Shown: one piece after another, positions 25,413-37,903 of the stretch
Layout: each line of letters opens with the position of its first letter
Position numbering within the stretch: position 1 is the stretch's first letter
Origin: Octopus vulgaris
Taxonomy: Eukaryota
DNA length: 64,000 nucleotides
Assembly (NCBI GenBank): GCA_951406725.2
Contig: OX597816.1
Coordinates: 90,396,001-90,460,000 of the forward strand
Direction of reading: 5' to 3'
Program-made: the position numbers and the translations under genes
The notes under the pieces: generated by a model
What the model was told of the DNA's origin: nothing
Databases searched by the model: none
What the model saw: only the letters and a program-made list of their open reading frames with translations

Positions 25413-28042
25413 ATTCTTTTTGACCCAGGTTGATTTGTCAGAAAAGAGCAGAGTCTATTACTCTCACATTTATTAACCTGTATCCTCCTTTCATTCCTTT
25501 TTTTCCTATTCAGTTTCATTAACAATTAACATGTAATTTCTTAACTCTATCTATCTTCTGTTGATTGATCAATGGCAGTTCTTCATGTTTGAAGGAATGG
25601 CTACTTACATGCAGGGTTGAGGTTGCAACTACCAGTACCATCGAGTACCTGTCATAAGGCTTTTCTACCTGCTCTTAGTTTTAAAGTAAGCGTAAGTAGG
25701 TGCAATTTGATCTTGCTCTTTAGAACTTGGAGGTCTGACCACTGTGGTTCAGCGGACTAAGACAACTGCAGTGACCAACAAGTTGTAAGTTTTACATTGG
25801 AGTAGTTTTTCTCCTTGGTGTATTACCTTACTGGGCTGCAAATGTTTTTCCCATGAGAGTTCTGGACCCCAGTAATGAACTCATTTGCATACAGCCAATC
25901 AGAGCTCACCTTGACCTTGTTATCAAGTTAACAAACACACTCAACCAAGTAAACTCAAGATGAAAAATGGTGTTGTAAGTCCACCGATCACCAAGTTATG
26001 CTTCATTTTAGGAGACAAGTAATTAGATAGATTTTCATCTATACCTATTATTGGATTTTGTTAGGGCCCCATATGTAAAGATGTGGATGAGAAAAAAATC
26101 TGGGTAGAGGGTGATGTGCTAACAACCCCCTCCCCTTATTGCTTTACAAAGTAACCAACAACACAAATATCTAAGCAGAGTCAGCCATGGTTGAAACAAG
26201 AACAAAAACAAACAAGCATTCTCAGAAGAGAAAAGAAGTATAGTCATTCCTTACCCAAGCGACCTTATCTTATCGCCCACCACTTGTTATGTTCTCATAA
26301 ATTACTTTGATAGTTGAGCTGATTGGCTGTATGCAAATGAGTTCCTAAATAGGGTCCGGAACTCTTGTGGGAAAAAAATTCGCCTCCAGGACATTACTCT
26401 CTTCCATATTACACTCTTGCATCTATCTCTGCTTTACCTCTCTCATCCACTTACCCTTGTTCTTATCAGTCTTTCTTCTATCCACCCCATTGACCACATT
26501 TGGCTTGAAAAACAAAAAACAACATAGAGTAGAAAGGACTCTTTAATCTCACAGGGAATAAGGCATGTTCTTTAATGTTGGTATCATGATAAAATGTATC
26601 GTACACTTTGCTAAGTAGGTGGTGCTAGGAATGGAGGCAATGTAGGGTAGACAACTTCTCTAGTGCTTGCATTATGATAACATGCATCCAACACATTCAT
26701 GTAACGGCGTCCAGCTATAGAAACCATGCCTCAGACTCATCAAATTCCAAATAAGTACTGACTTGAGATTTGTCTAACTCTTACCAGCATGGTAAGCAGA
26801 CGGAAGATGATGGTAGTGGTGGTGGCGGTGATAATGAGGGTGACGATGGTGAAACTCGCTTTTCAAACAGTTTTGAGAGCCAGTCTTGTTGCATGGTTTC
26901 ACATATAATTAAAAATTCTGCATTTATTTACATGTGCAAGCATACAAGCTGTCTGCTTCCATGCATCAATGAATATACTTGCACAGGTAGATATAAGTAT
27001 ATGCACGCACGGTGCATGTCCATGCTGTATGTATGTGCATTTAAACTTCTGCATACTGTGTATCTTTGTATGTGCATCTATGCTGTGTATTTACACTGAT
27101 ATATGCACACAATATATGTGCTTATCTGCCTACATGTCTGCATGCATATCGGTGTTTTACAATGCGCGTGAGTGTGTGTAATTTTAGTACATCTGTATGA
27201 ATCCACCCCCACTCCCGCCAATACACCCTACTACGCTAACTTCAGTCTTCCAGTCCAGCATTAGCATGCCCTCTATTTCAGCTAAGAAGAGAATGAAAGA
27301 AAAAGAAAACTTCCCAAATCTATCTACCTCCCCACTCTGCATCATTCAGTAGCCCTAATTGACCTACTTAAGTCGACAAAAATTCTTTTCAACCTCACCT
27401 TAAAAATCCTTCTCCTAAAGTACAATTTTTTTGCCGTTCTCCTTCCTTATAAACAGCCTAACCCAAATTGACACACAAACGCAATAAAAAAATAAAAACA
27501 AATCAGAAACCTGACCACACTAATTCATGTCACGACCTTGACATCTCCAAGACAAATGCATTGTTTAATAATACCCTATTCGTTTGTCAGTTCTTCAATA
27601 TTCTGAAGATTCCCATACCAGGATTAAATCACTGGTATTTAAGGCACTGAAGCATGCAATTCCCACAATAAATATTTATTCATTAACAATGAAGAAAACG
27701 AACAATAAGTAATAAAATTGGGTAAAAAGGACACAATTTTTACAGACTATTACAGGAAATACTGAAACAGATATTTCCATCTGAAAAGTTTTCAAGTCAA
27801 TGTAAAACTCACAGTAAAATAGCAATGAGGTAACTAAGGATGAGGTATGAAACAGATAAGTATAAATACGAGCATCACCTGATACTTTGATATGACAAGA
27901 CACCAATGGTGAGAAAAGCTTCGTTGTCATTCTCGAATATCATGGCTTAGCAAATTACATCTGACGAAGCATTCCCATTACTAAATTACTTCTGCTAATA
28001 GACGTAACAAAATTTTACGAGAAAGTTAATCCACCTAATCCT

Positions 28043-28810
28043 GGCGGAGGTAAAGACCATAGTCCTTTGGGATTTTTTTTTTACAGGAACACACTATATC
28101 GAAGGCGGAGATTCCGAATCAGCAAAAGAAAAAATCCACATTTCAAAATTTAACCCCCTCCCCTACCAATTTCTTAAATTTTCACTTAAAAAAAATTTCT
28201 TTTGGGCGAAATACGCAGAAAAATACGGAGTTTATGAATTTGAAAAAAAAATTTGTAAAATTTCAATTTTTCAAAAAAATAAACACCTCCTCCCATCCGC
28301 TCCTATGACAAGAAGTGAAATTAAAGTGTTTTCTCTGTTAATGTTTCACGCATGCATAGAATTATAAAATAGCAGACACAAAAGGTATCTAAACAGAAAA
28401 CCTGACACGCTAGAAATACTTTTTCAAAATTTTAATACGAATTACCAAAGAAAATAATTCAGAACTGACCCCCCCCACCCCAATTTCTTCATTTTTCATT
28501 TTAGGCGAAATACGTAGAAAAATACGGAGATCATGATTCTAAAAAAATTATTTGTAAAATTTCAATTTTTCAAACACCCCTCCCCTCCATCCTATGACAG
28601 AAAGTGAAATTTCCCCCATCCCATTTTTTTCCTTTGCCAGATCTTTGGGGAGGGGGGAGTTCAAAATGGGGTGAGGGGAAATAAAAATTTTAAAATGCTT
28701 TTTTCTTTTTTGCAGATTCGGAATCTCCGCCATCGATATAGTGTTCTCTCGTACAAAAAAAAAAAAAAAATCCCAAAGGGGATGCGGTCCATGATCTTTA
28801 CCCCAACCCC
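28043..28810. mobile_element. Non-autonomous DNA transposon with long TIRs (Mutator-like MITE)
   Basis: ~90-bp inverted ends (CCTTTGGGATTTTT..ACACTATATCGAAGGCGGAGATTCCGAATC versus GATTCGGAATCTCCGCCATCGATATAGTGT..AAAATCCCAAAGG). Internal tandem duplication ~28155-28325 / ~28468-28612. Superfamily is a guess from G-rich ends. Confidence 0.75.
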
Positions 28811-29239
28811 TAATATTGTTAAAGTGACATTATAATTTAGTGAGAAATCTATATAAAGTTTGTAGATTAAAATTTGTCAGTTATATAACATATAAACTCC
28901 TGCTGAAGGTTATGCTGTATATACCTTTATCAATGCAAAGATTTTAGTTAAGATACAAATCTGGGATACAGTTCCCTATTTCAATACATATTCTATCGGT
29001 TTAATATAGTAATTTTTTTCTACTAAAAGCACAACAAATTCCTTCTACTACAGGTCTGAAATTTTGAGAAAGTGGGGGCTAGTCGATTACAACTTTTTCA
29101 CGGCAGAATCTGAACTCAAAACGTTAGCCCGGCGTGCTAATGATTCTGCCTGCTCACTGCCTTGGTTTAATGTAATTATAAAGCTAATTCAAAGTCGAGG
29201 TCCTTCCCATAGGGAAGACCCAACAAAGGTCCCATACAT

Positions 29240-29268
29240 ACCGGAAATAAAATTTTAACCGGAAATAC
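29240..29268 (+). promoter_or_regulatory. Tandem ETS-type sites, candidate promoter of the membrane-protein gene
   Basis: Two ACCGGAAATA copies 18 bp apart in a locally CpG-richer region, ~200 bp before a perfect splice donor. Confidence 0.45.
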
Positions 29269-29349
29269 CGGTAGAATGCTGGGATCGTTGTTAATGCCAG
29301 TTACTGTGTTTATCTCAAGAGATAGGTTCCTTGTGTTTATTTTTATTTC

Positions 29350-29460
29350 ACAAATATTTTATATTTTCTTTGCCGTACGTGTCTACACTGACTTTATTAT
29401 TTTGGTCAGCGCAAACCTAATTAAGTGATATTTGCATATTTAAAAGTTTACCTCACAAAG
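29350..29460 (+). other. Putative non-coding first exon of the membrane-protein gene (start uncertain)
   Basis: Consensus AAG|GTAAGT donor at 29461. The ATG-containing exon at 36931 starts with an acceptor, so an upstream exon is required. Confidence 0.5.
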
Positions 29461-29737
29461 GTAAGTTATGTGCAAGCACTTTAAAAAAAGATTTCATGTG
29501 AATTTTCTTGCTTGTAACATCTTTCACATTTAAATGTAACACGGTTAACTGTCATATATATTGCAATTGTTCTGTTAATGTAATATATACAAAATTTGAT
29601 TTTAGCTTTGGTATGGTGCAAAAGTTTTCAGTTTTACAAAGGTAAATAACTATAGAAAAACAGTAGGTATTTGTTAACTTTAGAATGTTAAAACTTTACA
29701 TTGTCTTATTTAAAAAACAAAAACACGTCCACAGAAA

Positions 29738-29846
29738 TTGGTGGAGGTAAAGAATACGTACACCACCGGTTTTTGGCGTAACAAAAACCCGAACTTTAAA
29801 ACTAGTCCTAAACCTCGAGTGTACGTATTTTTTACCTTTGCCCCCA
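29738..29846. mobile_element. Very short TIR element
   Basis: AGGTAAAGAATACGTACAC ... GTGTACGTATTTTTACCT inverted ends. The terminus resembles the GGAGGTAAAG end of the 28043 element. Confidence 0.6.
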
Positions 29847-30098
29847 AATTAAGATAAAGTCCACAAATCGAAAGATTTTGTCTCGTTACTCCGGTTTCTT
29901 AGAGCTTTTATACGAAGCCAAAGTGAAAATCAAGTTTTGTTATTTTGTGGTAGTGGTGAGGTGTGTGTATTAATATAGTTCTGTCTGTTAATGCAAGTGC
30001 TGTTTGTCTATTTGTGTGTATGTTGATGTGAATAACGAGATTTTTGGCCTTACGAATGGATTTATGGGGATTTTTTCCCCCCAGTTGCACTCATTGTT

Positions 30099-30432
30099 TT
30101 AACTATTTATTTATAGATTTGTGATGAAAATGAATTGTAACGGCTTTTAATAAAACCGTTACGAGGAAATTTCGGATCAGGACGCCGAAATAAGTTGGAT
30201 TTCTCCGTTTTGTTACTTGAGCCATCTATCTATTGTAGTCATTACATATTCCTTTATTCGGGTGAATTCGAATTACAGCTGTTTCCGATGAACGGTTGAA
30301 GAAAAATTGGATCTTTGTTTGGCTTTCACTTTTCAATTTCTTCCAGTTGATTTCAAATTTGGTGTGTTAATGTAGTTGTGCTAATTATTGAAATACAATT
30401 CATTTTCGTCAAATCTATAAATAGATAGTTAA
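30099..30432. mobile_element. MITE with ~40-bp TIRs ending in TTAA
   Basis: TTAACTATTTATTTATAGATTTGTGATGAAAATGAATTGTA versus TACAATTCATTTTCGTCAAATCTATAAATAGATAGTTAA. Confidence 0.7.
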
Positions 30433-31479
30433 TCACTTTGAAAGTTTGCAAATTTTGGGTAATTCAAATTTGAAAATTTTCATTTAATTTTAAAATTTCA
30501 AAACCTGAAGGCAAACAGATAAAATCCAAAAATTGAACGACTTTAAATAACTATTGCTTTCCTCGTCGGAGTCGTGACGTTTCCAAAGAATAGCGTCGGA
30601 ATGTATCTCATGCGCTCGTGTATGTTTTGAGTATCTGAGATTACGATTTTGCCAATAACGGGACGGGAGGGGATGCTTCTGTTTTTCCGTGACGTCTCAG
30701 TTTTGACAGGTTTTGAAAATCTTGTGTTGAAGAATTTTGTAATGCAACTTATCCAGTGATTGGAACATTGACATAAAATTTTGTTAGAGAGTTTAAATCT
30801 AGATAATTTAAGCCTGGTTCTATAATACAAATTTCTTGTTTTAAATTGTCGTTATCTCGGGAGTTTAAAGCATCGATCTAAAAACTTTTCAAAAGAATTT
30901 CAAAACAGAATAATTACGGAAAAGAATTTGGGGGCTATCTCCTCAAATTTTCTTTTGTAGACTCCACTGTTTAAAAAACATACACATTCGAAGAAATTAT
31001 GTTTTTTTTGGTATATTTTATAATTTTGAACTGTATTTTTTTAGGAACACTGATCATGATTTTTTTTCTACGTTCGAGTGCCCTTCTTGACGCCAACTCT
31101 CGGCTGTTTCCAAACAAGATAATGAATCCACTAGTCAACCCGCAATTTCTTTTGCGGACTAGAAGCAATACCGTTTGTATGGACGGTGAGGCAGTCATTT
31201 ACAAACAGTATGTAACATGTCAAGAAGCCTGGGCATACGTTCCAGGCAGACTGCAAGCAAATCACTTATACGTACACACATACGCTCTTTCACTGTTTTC
31301 AGTCATTGGGCAACAGCCGTATAGGGATATCACATTCAAGTATTCAGTTGAACACACTAATCCCAGAAATTTGCAGTATATTCTGCAATGGAGCCTTTAT
31401 TTTAGTCTGATGCTATTTTACTGATCTCTATTTATCAAGTGCTAATTTAAATTATGACATGTTTTAGCTCTTAACTCTT

Positions 31480-32520
31480 TACACTCTAAGGAGGCCAGGC
31501 CACATCCAGGTCATGACTCTTTGATACTCCTCTGTCATTTTTGTACTACTGTTTAGGTTCAAATTTGCATCCTTGAAGGTGATCAGGTACCTCAAAGCCA
31601 AGGTGCTTTTCTGATAGATGTAACCACTTTGCTATTAGATACCAGTTATACAATGAAAAAGTACTTCTGAAATTCACTTTGACCAGATCCAGTTAGATCT
31701 CTTTTTGGCTGCTTCTGCCACTGCCTTTAGGTCTTTGGTATTCTTCTCAGAAATTGAGAGCTGTGTCATTAGATCATAGGCAGAGTTGCATACAAACCCT
31801 CTTGATCACTAGCATAGCTAGAGTGTGTGCCACCTGGGCAGCCCTTCCATTTGCCACCCCCAGACCCCACACAAATCACATATTGCCTACAGCAATAGCC
31901 TGCAACAGGATGAAAAGTGACCCCTCCAGCTATGCTATAGTGAAGATTTTGGCTTTGAAGCCAGATTCTCTAAACTGGCATGCTTCTCAGTCTTTTAAAT
32001 GTGGGCTTTCTCCATTCTACTTTCATATGTTACAGTGAGTTAAGTCAGAATCGTTTGATTTATGTGAATGGAGTAACTGTTCAGTCTGTTACCACTCTTG
32101 TTCTTGATTTCTGAGTTGTTTCCAGTTTACAAGATTTGCTGTGCACTCCCAATCATCCACTCTATCTAGTAGATTCTGCTTCCATGATTCAATACACAGC
32201 TGCTCTAGGTCACAGTTTTCTGCTACCTTCTAGAGCTTCTAGTGGTGTGGACTTTTTTTGCTCACATTACAAATCAAACATATGCTCATTTTAAGCACTT
32301 GGTTCTGCTTCCATATGCAACTCCTTTGGGCAGGCACCACTTTACATGAGCTCAGTGTATACTCTGCTGTTTGTTTTGACAGAATAGGCACTCAGGGTTG
32401 GCTAATTTTCCCCATTTCATCAGGTTTGTATTCGAGGACAGGAGGTCATATACACAGATCTGAGGATGAAGCTAATTCTAAGAGGAGTCATGCCTCTGGT
32501 CATTCTAGCTAAGACACTTT
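31480..32520 (-). mobile_element. Degenerate HERO/NeSL-like non-LTR retrotransposon 3' end (zinc knuckle plus restriction-like endonuclease)
   Basis: Minus strand with frameshifts: MTPLRISFILRSVYDLLSSNTNLMKW..NPECLFC, QTAEYTLSSCKV..IWKQNQVL, LTVTYESRMEKAH, RGFVCNSAYDLM..KAVAEAAKKRSNWIWSK. These match RLE-clade C-terminal motifs. Confidence 0.7.
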
Positions 32521-35500
32521 CCCATGGCATCTTTTATCCCTGTTGGCACTTTGGAGTTCTTCTGGTCTTCTATTCTTCCCTCATTTCCTTTATTATGTCT
32601 GTCTTTGTTTCCCTTTTGTTGTTTATCACCATTCCACTGAGCCCCTATCCCTATGTATTAATTTACATATATCCTGTTATTACTCTTATCTTGAAGCTGT
32701 CTTTTGTTGTGTCTACTGTTTCTTGTGTTTTCCATTTTCTTCTAGTTTCCAGTTGGGCTGGATTTGTTTTACAGTCTTGTCTCCCAAGTGCTCAAGCATA
32801 CTTAAAGAGCTTTACTTTTTCAGTTTAGTAGAAATTATATATTGCAGAAATAATCTGCATGTTAGTAATCAACTAAATGATTAGGTACAACTCACAGATT
32901 CATCTCTCCAGTTATACCATGACTCTACTTAGCTAAGAAACACATTGCATACTCCAGTATGCAGTAATGAATTTTATAGTTGCATTATCAAACTCTGCAT
33001 ATGTTGCACTTTCCACTGTTCTGTACATTTCAGTACACCTATTGATAATGCTAGATTAGATTTTATTGAGCTGTCATATCAAATATATTCTGACCAGAGC
33101 ATCTCATATTTTCTCTATGTACAGGGAACACAGCACCATGTTATCAAATATGCCCTTTTTTTAAGACTGTGGCTGCTATTTATAGCTTGTTAAGTAACCA
33201 TGAAAAAGCTATCAGATTCTGGTGGTTTCCACGTTGAAAATGAGCCAAGCAAACTCAGAGCATGGAAGTTACTGCATGTAATGTTGGTGGTTTGTATCCC
33301 TGTTTAATATTTGGAGCTCATGTCATTATTTTGATATTGTCTTGGTTTAGTGAGTGATAAAGTGTGTTTTAAGAATGTCCTTCTAGTAGTGTTCTTGGAT
33401 ATTGAATATATCTAGGTGTGTTATAGGTGATTTTAAAGATTACTCTTCTACATATGTATTCAGTTTTTCAAAAACTTCCAAAAAGAACCCCCCAGTTGTT
33501 CAAGTAGAAAAATTTACAAAAATCTCTATTATTTAAGTCATTATACTTTTACGACTGGTTGTTGTGTAGCTCAAATTAACTCTACTTAGATGTCTCCATG
33601 GTGGGTCTAATGTATTGTTATATATATATATACCTGCTATAAAATCATTCAGGCACTTTGTTATACTTTAGTTGAAGGTTGGCAGCTATTTGTTATAAAG
33701 CACATGATGTAAGCAAATGCTTACATCATATGCTGAAGTGGAATGTTTGAACTGAATAAAGCAATTATTTTGTTTACAAGTTCAGTTTGCTATAAAATAC
33801 AAATAACAGTGAAAAAGTTTCTTTTGACTACATAGCTTTGATGGTACTTCATTGATAATTTCTATACAATTTTCTGCATATTCTAATTTTACTAAAGCTT
33901 CATCAGACACTGTAAACTTTGATCTGTAACTGCAGATATATATTGAGATGAGTGCATTAGAGATTGATTTCTTTCCAGGAGCTTCTCTGCTTATATTCAA
34001 AAATGACCATTTTTCCATAAGTATGTCAGTCAAAAAGGACCACAACCAGAACATCAGCATCTAAGACCTTGCTATAACAAGAATACATCAAGCAAAGTAA
34101 CTTAAAATGCTGCTATTAGCATATATATTTCATGAACATATTGATTTGCTTGGCCTTCTCTCTCTCTCAGAAAATATCCTTGTATTGACTTATCAACTCA
34201 ATCTAAAAAGACTGCTTTGTAATTTTTCTATTTAATCGAAAGATATATTTAAATGTTTTTGTATAACTTGTGTTCCTCTATAAATCACGAGGCATGGCTT
34301 TCTTAAATGACTGTTTTATAATAATTGAATTTAGAGGATCATTAAACAAATCTTATTGTTTACTTGTTTCTATGTTGGCAACTCCTCCCTCCTTTTATTT
34401 ATTCCCACCTAGATAACAATTTGAAACCAGTTGCTGCTAAATCTTGCCTCTTTTTGCCAGTTGATTCAATATTTAAAGTGAAACTAAATAGCTTCTTAGT
34501 GAAATCATTTAGTCTCTCATTAAGCCTTCAATTTCTTCATTTTATGAGCACAGGTATTAGTAGTAAGAAATAGTGGGCAACAATGCCTTATTATCAACTA
34601 CTTATAAACAAGAAACCACTGTTGTTTTCTGGATGCCTATTGAACATCTTAGAATAAATACAACAGCAAACATAAGAACAGATTTCACATTGGCCATAAG
34701 ATTTCAAGCTTTTTGTAATTTATTCCAAGTTACCATTTGGTGTGACTAATTCCATAATTCAAAGAGTGATGGATAGTGTAATTACTGACATTGATGTCAA
34801 AGGTGATCATACTTATTTTGTTGATTCATTGTCAAAAACCTTTTGAGAAGCACAGTGGAAACTTAACTCAGTTTATTTCCCTTACTGAGTGACTCAACTG
34901 TGACATATGTCTTCTTTGTTTAACATCTGTTTGTTACTTAGGTTACAAAATAAAAAACAATTCTCCTGCAACCTGATCTGAAAAAATTGAAATCCCTCTT
35001 TGATTACCACATGGCTATAGCTATTGTAGAATGTGTTCAGAAATGGTCAACTTTGAGGTTACTTCACATTTACATCCGATCAACAAGTGATCTCATCTAT
35101 ATTTAGTTATAAAAGTAGAAGAGAAATGAAATTCTTCATTGAGTTAAACAAATGTGGTGCATAAGAGTACTTTTGGTGTATTTCTGTGACTTGTGACATT
35201 TTACTTTTATTTTTTACGTGTCTCAATGCTCTGCCTTTCACTTGGATCTCAAACAAATAACAATTTTGATGACCTTATTGTTGTTATGAAATCTGTCATA
35301 GAGCTTCTGTATAGAAGTCAACCAATATGTTGTATGTTTGTAGTTTCAGTTAGTGGAGGCAGGTGAGGTGGGTATGATGGAATTGGTCAGGCCAGGCTGG
35401 TTGCTTTTGCTCTTACAATTCTAGTGGTGTATATTCAAGCAGAGTGTTTGGAGTTATTGATGCTGTGACAAGTGTTTGTATGATTGTGTCATTCAGTGAC

Positions 35501-35774
35501 AGAGGAAAGAAGAATGAGTGAAAAGGTTGTTAGAGAGATGAGAGGTTATACTGTCAGGTGAAAACCTGACAGTATACATACAGAAATATATAAATGCATA
35601 CACTCATGTATGTGTATATATACACACACATACGAGTGGACAAATGAAAGGCACTCAACACATTTAGCCGGCATTACATATAGTATCATTTTAAAACGGT
35701 TTGATTTGGTCTCATGCAACTGAAAATTTCATAGACTCCTCACCTCACTCATCAGGCCCAGATGACGGAATCAT

Positions 35775-36670
35775 GCATCATCATTTAACATTCCTTGTCC
35801 ACATTGGCATGGGTTGGATGGTTGACTACAGCTGGCAAGCTGTGGAGCTGCACCAGACTCCAGTCTGATTTGGCATGGTTTCTACTGTTGGATGCCCTTC
35901 CTAACAACAACCATTTTACAGTGTGTGCTGGGTGATTTCATGTACCACTGCATTGTGCTTTTACATGACACCACATGGGTACCTTTATGTGGCACCACCA
36001 TGAGTGCTTTCTACCATCTGAAGGACCAATCTTACCTCTGCAGTGGAGTTCAGGTTTTCTTGAGTACAGCAAGACTCCAGGTATCTTGGTCCTTTGTCAT
36101 CTCGCCTGAAAGATTCAACATCCTGTGGTTGTTCCTCAGTACTTCATCTCATGTCTTCTTGGGTCTCCCACTTCCATGTGTTCCATCTACTTTGAGAGAT
36201 CGGTACTTCTTTATGGAGCTGTTGGCATCCATCCGCATCACATGACCAAACCAGTGCAGTCTTCTCTCTTGCATACTGCATCTAATTCCTCTTGTGCCTA
36301 ACTTCTCTCTCAATACTTTAGCACTCTGTCGGACATGTACACTTATATTACACATCCAGCAGAGTATATTAGTCTCATTCATTTCTAACCTTTGCATGTC
36401 CTCTGCATTCAGGGCCCACATCTCACTACTATGTAGAATTGCTGTCCTTATAACATGTATCACGCAATCTTCAATTCACTTAGAGAGAGAGAGAAACCTT
36501 TTGTGGCCAACAGAGGTAACAACTCTCTGAATTTCCTCTATCCTATTCTTATTCTAGCTATCACACTCTCCGTGCATTTTCCCTCACTACTAATTTGGTC
36601 CCCTTGGTAGCAGAAATTATCTGTTACCTCAAATGAGCCACCAGGACATTTGACAGAATCAATTTCCTGA
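35775..36670 (-). mobile_element. RTE-clade LINE 3' fragment
   Basis: ORF 36149-36463 (LHSSEMWAL..MQERRLHWFGHVMRM..GRPKKT) is the RTE ORF C-terminus. It continues into the common (ATG)n-tailed 3' UTR. Confidence 0.88.
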
Positions 36671-36950
36671 GTCCCAGCTTCCACCATTACCAATTTTACT
36701 ATTCATTTTGCCATGTCTATATGTGAGTGTTCTCTCACACTATGTTGCCAATCATTCTAGTCCTTTGTCATCTCCTCTAAGAGATGCAACAACTTTGGAT
36801 CAGTCTTCACTACTTTAACCCAAGCGTTCCTTGAGATGTGTGTATGTGTATGTAAAAAGAGACACAAAGAGAGCTCATCTTCTGCATTGGTATATAATTC
36901 TGCTTCCATTTTACTTCATTTTATTTTCAGCAGACTATTTGGATCTGAAA

Positions 36951-37059
36951 ATGGGCAAGCATCAATTCGCCAAAATCTTCCTTATTTTTTTAACGTTTGC
37001 TGTGCACATGGCTATGCTTGGTGTTAGTTACTTGGCAGTATTTCCAGAAAAAAGTCGAG
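36951..37059 (+). CDS. First coding exon of an uncharacterised multi-pass membrane protein
   Basis: Acceptor ttttcag|cag (NAGNAG) at 36930. aaaATGG start, MGKHQFAKIFLIFLTFAVHMAMLGVSYLAVFPEKSR, then G|gtaat (phase 1). Confidence 0.8.
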
Positions 37060-37686
37060 GTAATAATCTTTTACTGTCTTTAAACTGTTATGTAAAAATT
37101 AAGCTCTCTTTAACATCAGTGAAACATACTTTGATAGTAGAATAGTACCTTCAGATCTTATGTTTCATGAGAGGTGATCAATAGATGAAACACCTAATAA
37201 AAATTTGAAAGAGTCCTTAAAGCTCAATTTTGTTGACTGTGGATAAGATGTGGAAAGAAGCTGATGTATAAGATCTTGAATTGGCCATGGGCCATAACTT
37301 GTAGCAATAAAAGAATAGGATATTTTTGGTTGGGCTGATGGCACTGAGATACGAATCCTATCCTCAGGTGCACCACTTTTCTTTGAACTTCTGAAATTGA
37401 ATGGTTGAGCTGGTCATGCCAAATTTAAGCTAACAGAATCCACTTAAATAGGGTTAGTTGGTGTTGGAGCTACTATAGTTTTAATGTGGCTGAATATACC
37501 ACTTGTGTAACCCAAATGTAGTGGTTCATAATCTTTTTGGCTTCGTGATGCCCTGGATATCAAATAAAAATAACTGGCCCATTAGAAATCAGATAAAAAT
37601 AATTACTAAAGTTAATAAAACTGTTTTAAAGTTTCAAAATTGAGTAAAACTATAAGCTATAATTAAGATTGAAATATGTGATTTAA

Positions 37687-37903
37687 CCCTTTAGCACTTA
37701 AACTGGCCATATCCGACATAGATATTCTTGTTTTATGCTCAAACTGGCCATATTTGGACTCTATCACCTACCCTACAATGTCATTCTGAAAATATACAAT
37801 CACATCATTGAAATTTTGAAGCTATGAATTAATGCATGATTAATTAAAAACAATGTGAATAAGTAAGCATTACATTTGACACAATAATTGGAATGCTAAA
37901 GTG
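37687..37903. mobile_element. piggyBac-type MITE
   Basis: TTAA|CCCTTTAGCA ... TGCTAAAGTG|TTAA. Confidence 0.75.

Noticed and set aside
27915-28010. CTGACGA motif and short hairpin as a hammerhead or SECIS
   Set aside because: No GAAA box after a stem II, and no selenoprotein context.
30999-31424. 141-aa ORF with hydrophobic N-terminus
   Set aside because: The hydrophobicity comes from T-runs. No recognisable domain or splice support.
33780-34800. Possible ancient L1/Tx1-like ORF2 remnant on the minus strand
   Set aside because: Only one faint motif (HQMVTWNKLQK), too weak to call.
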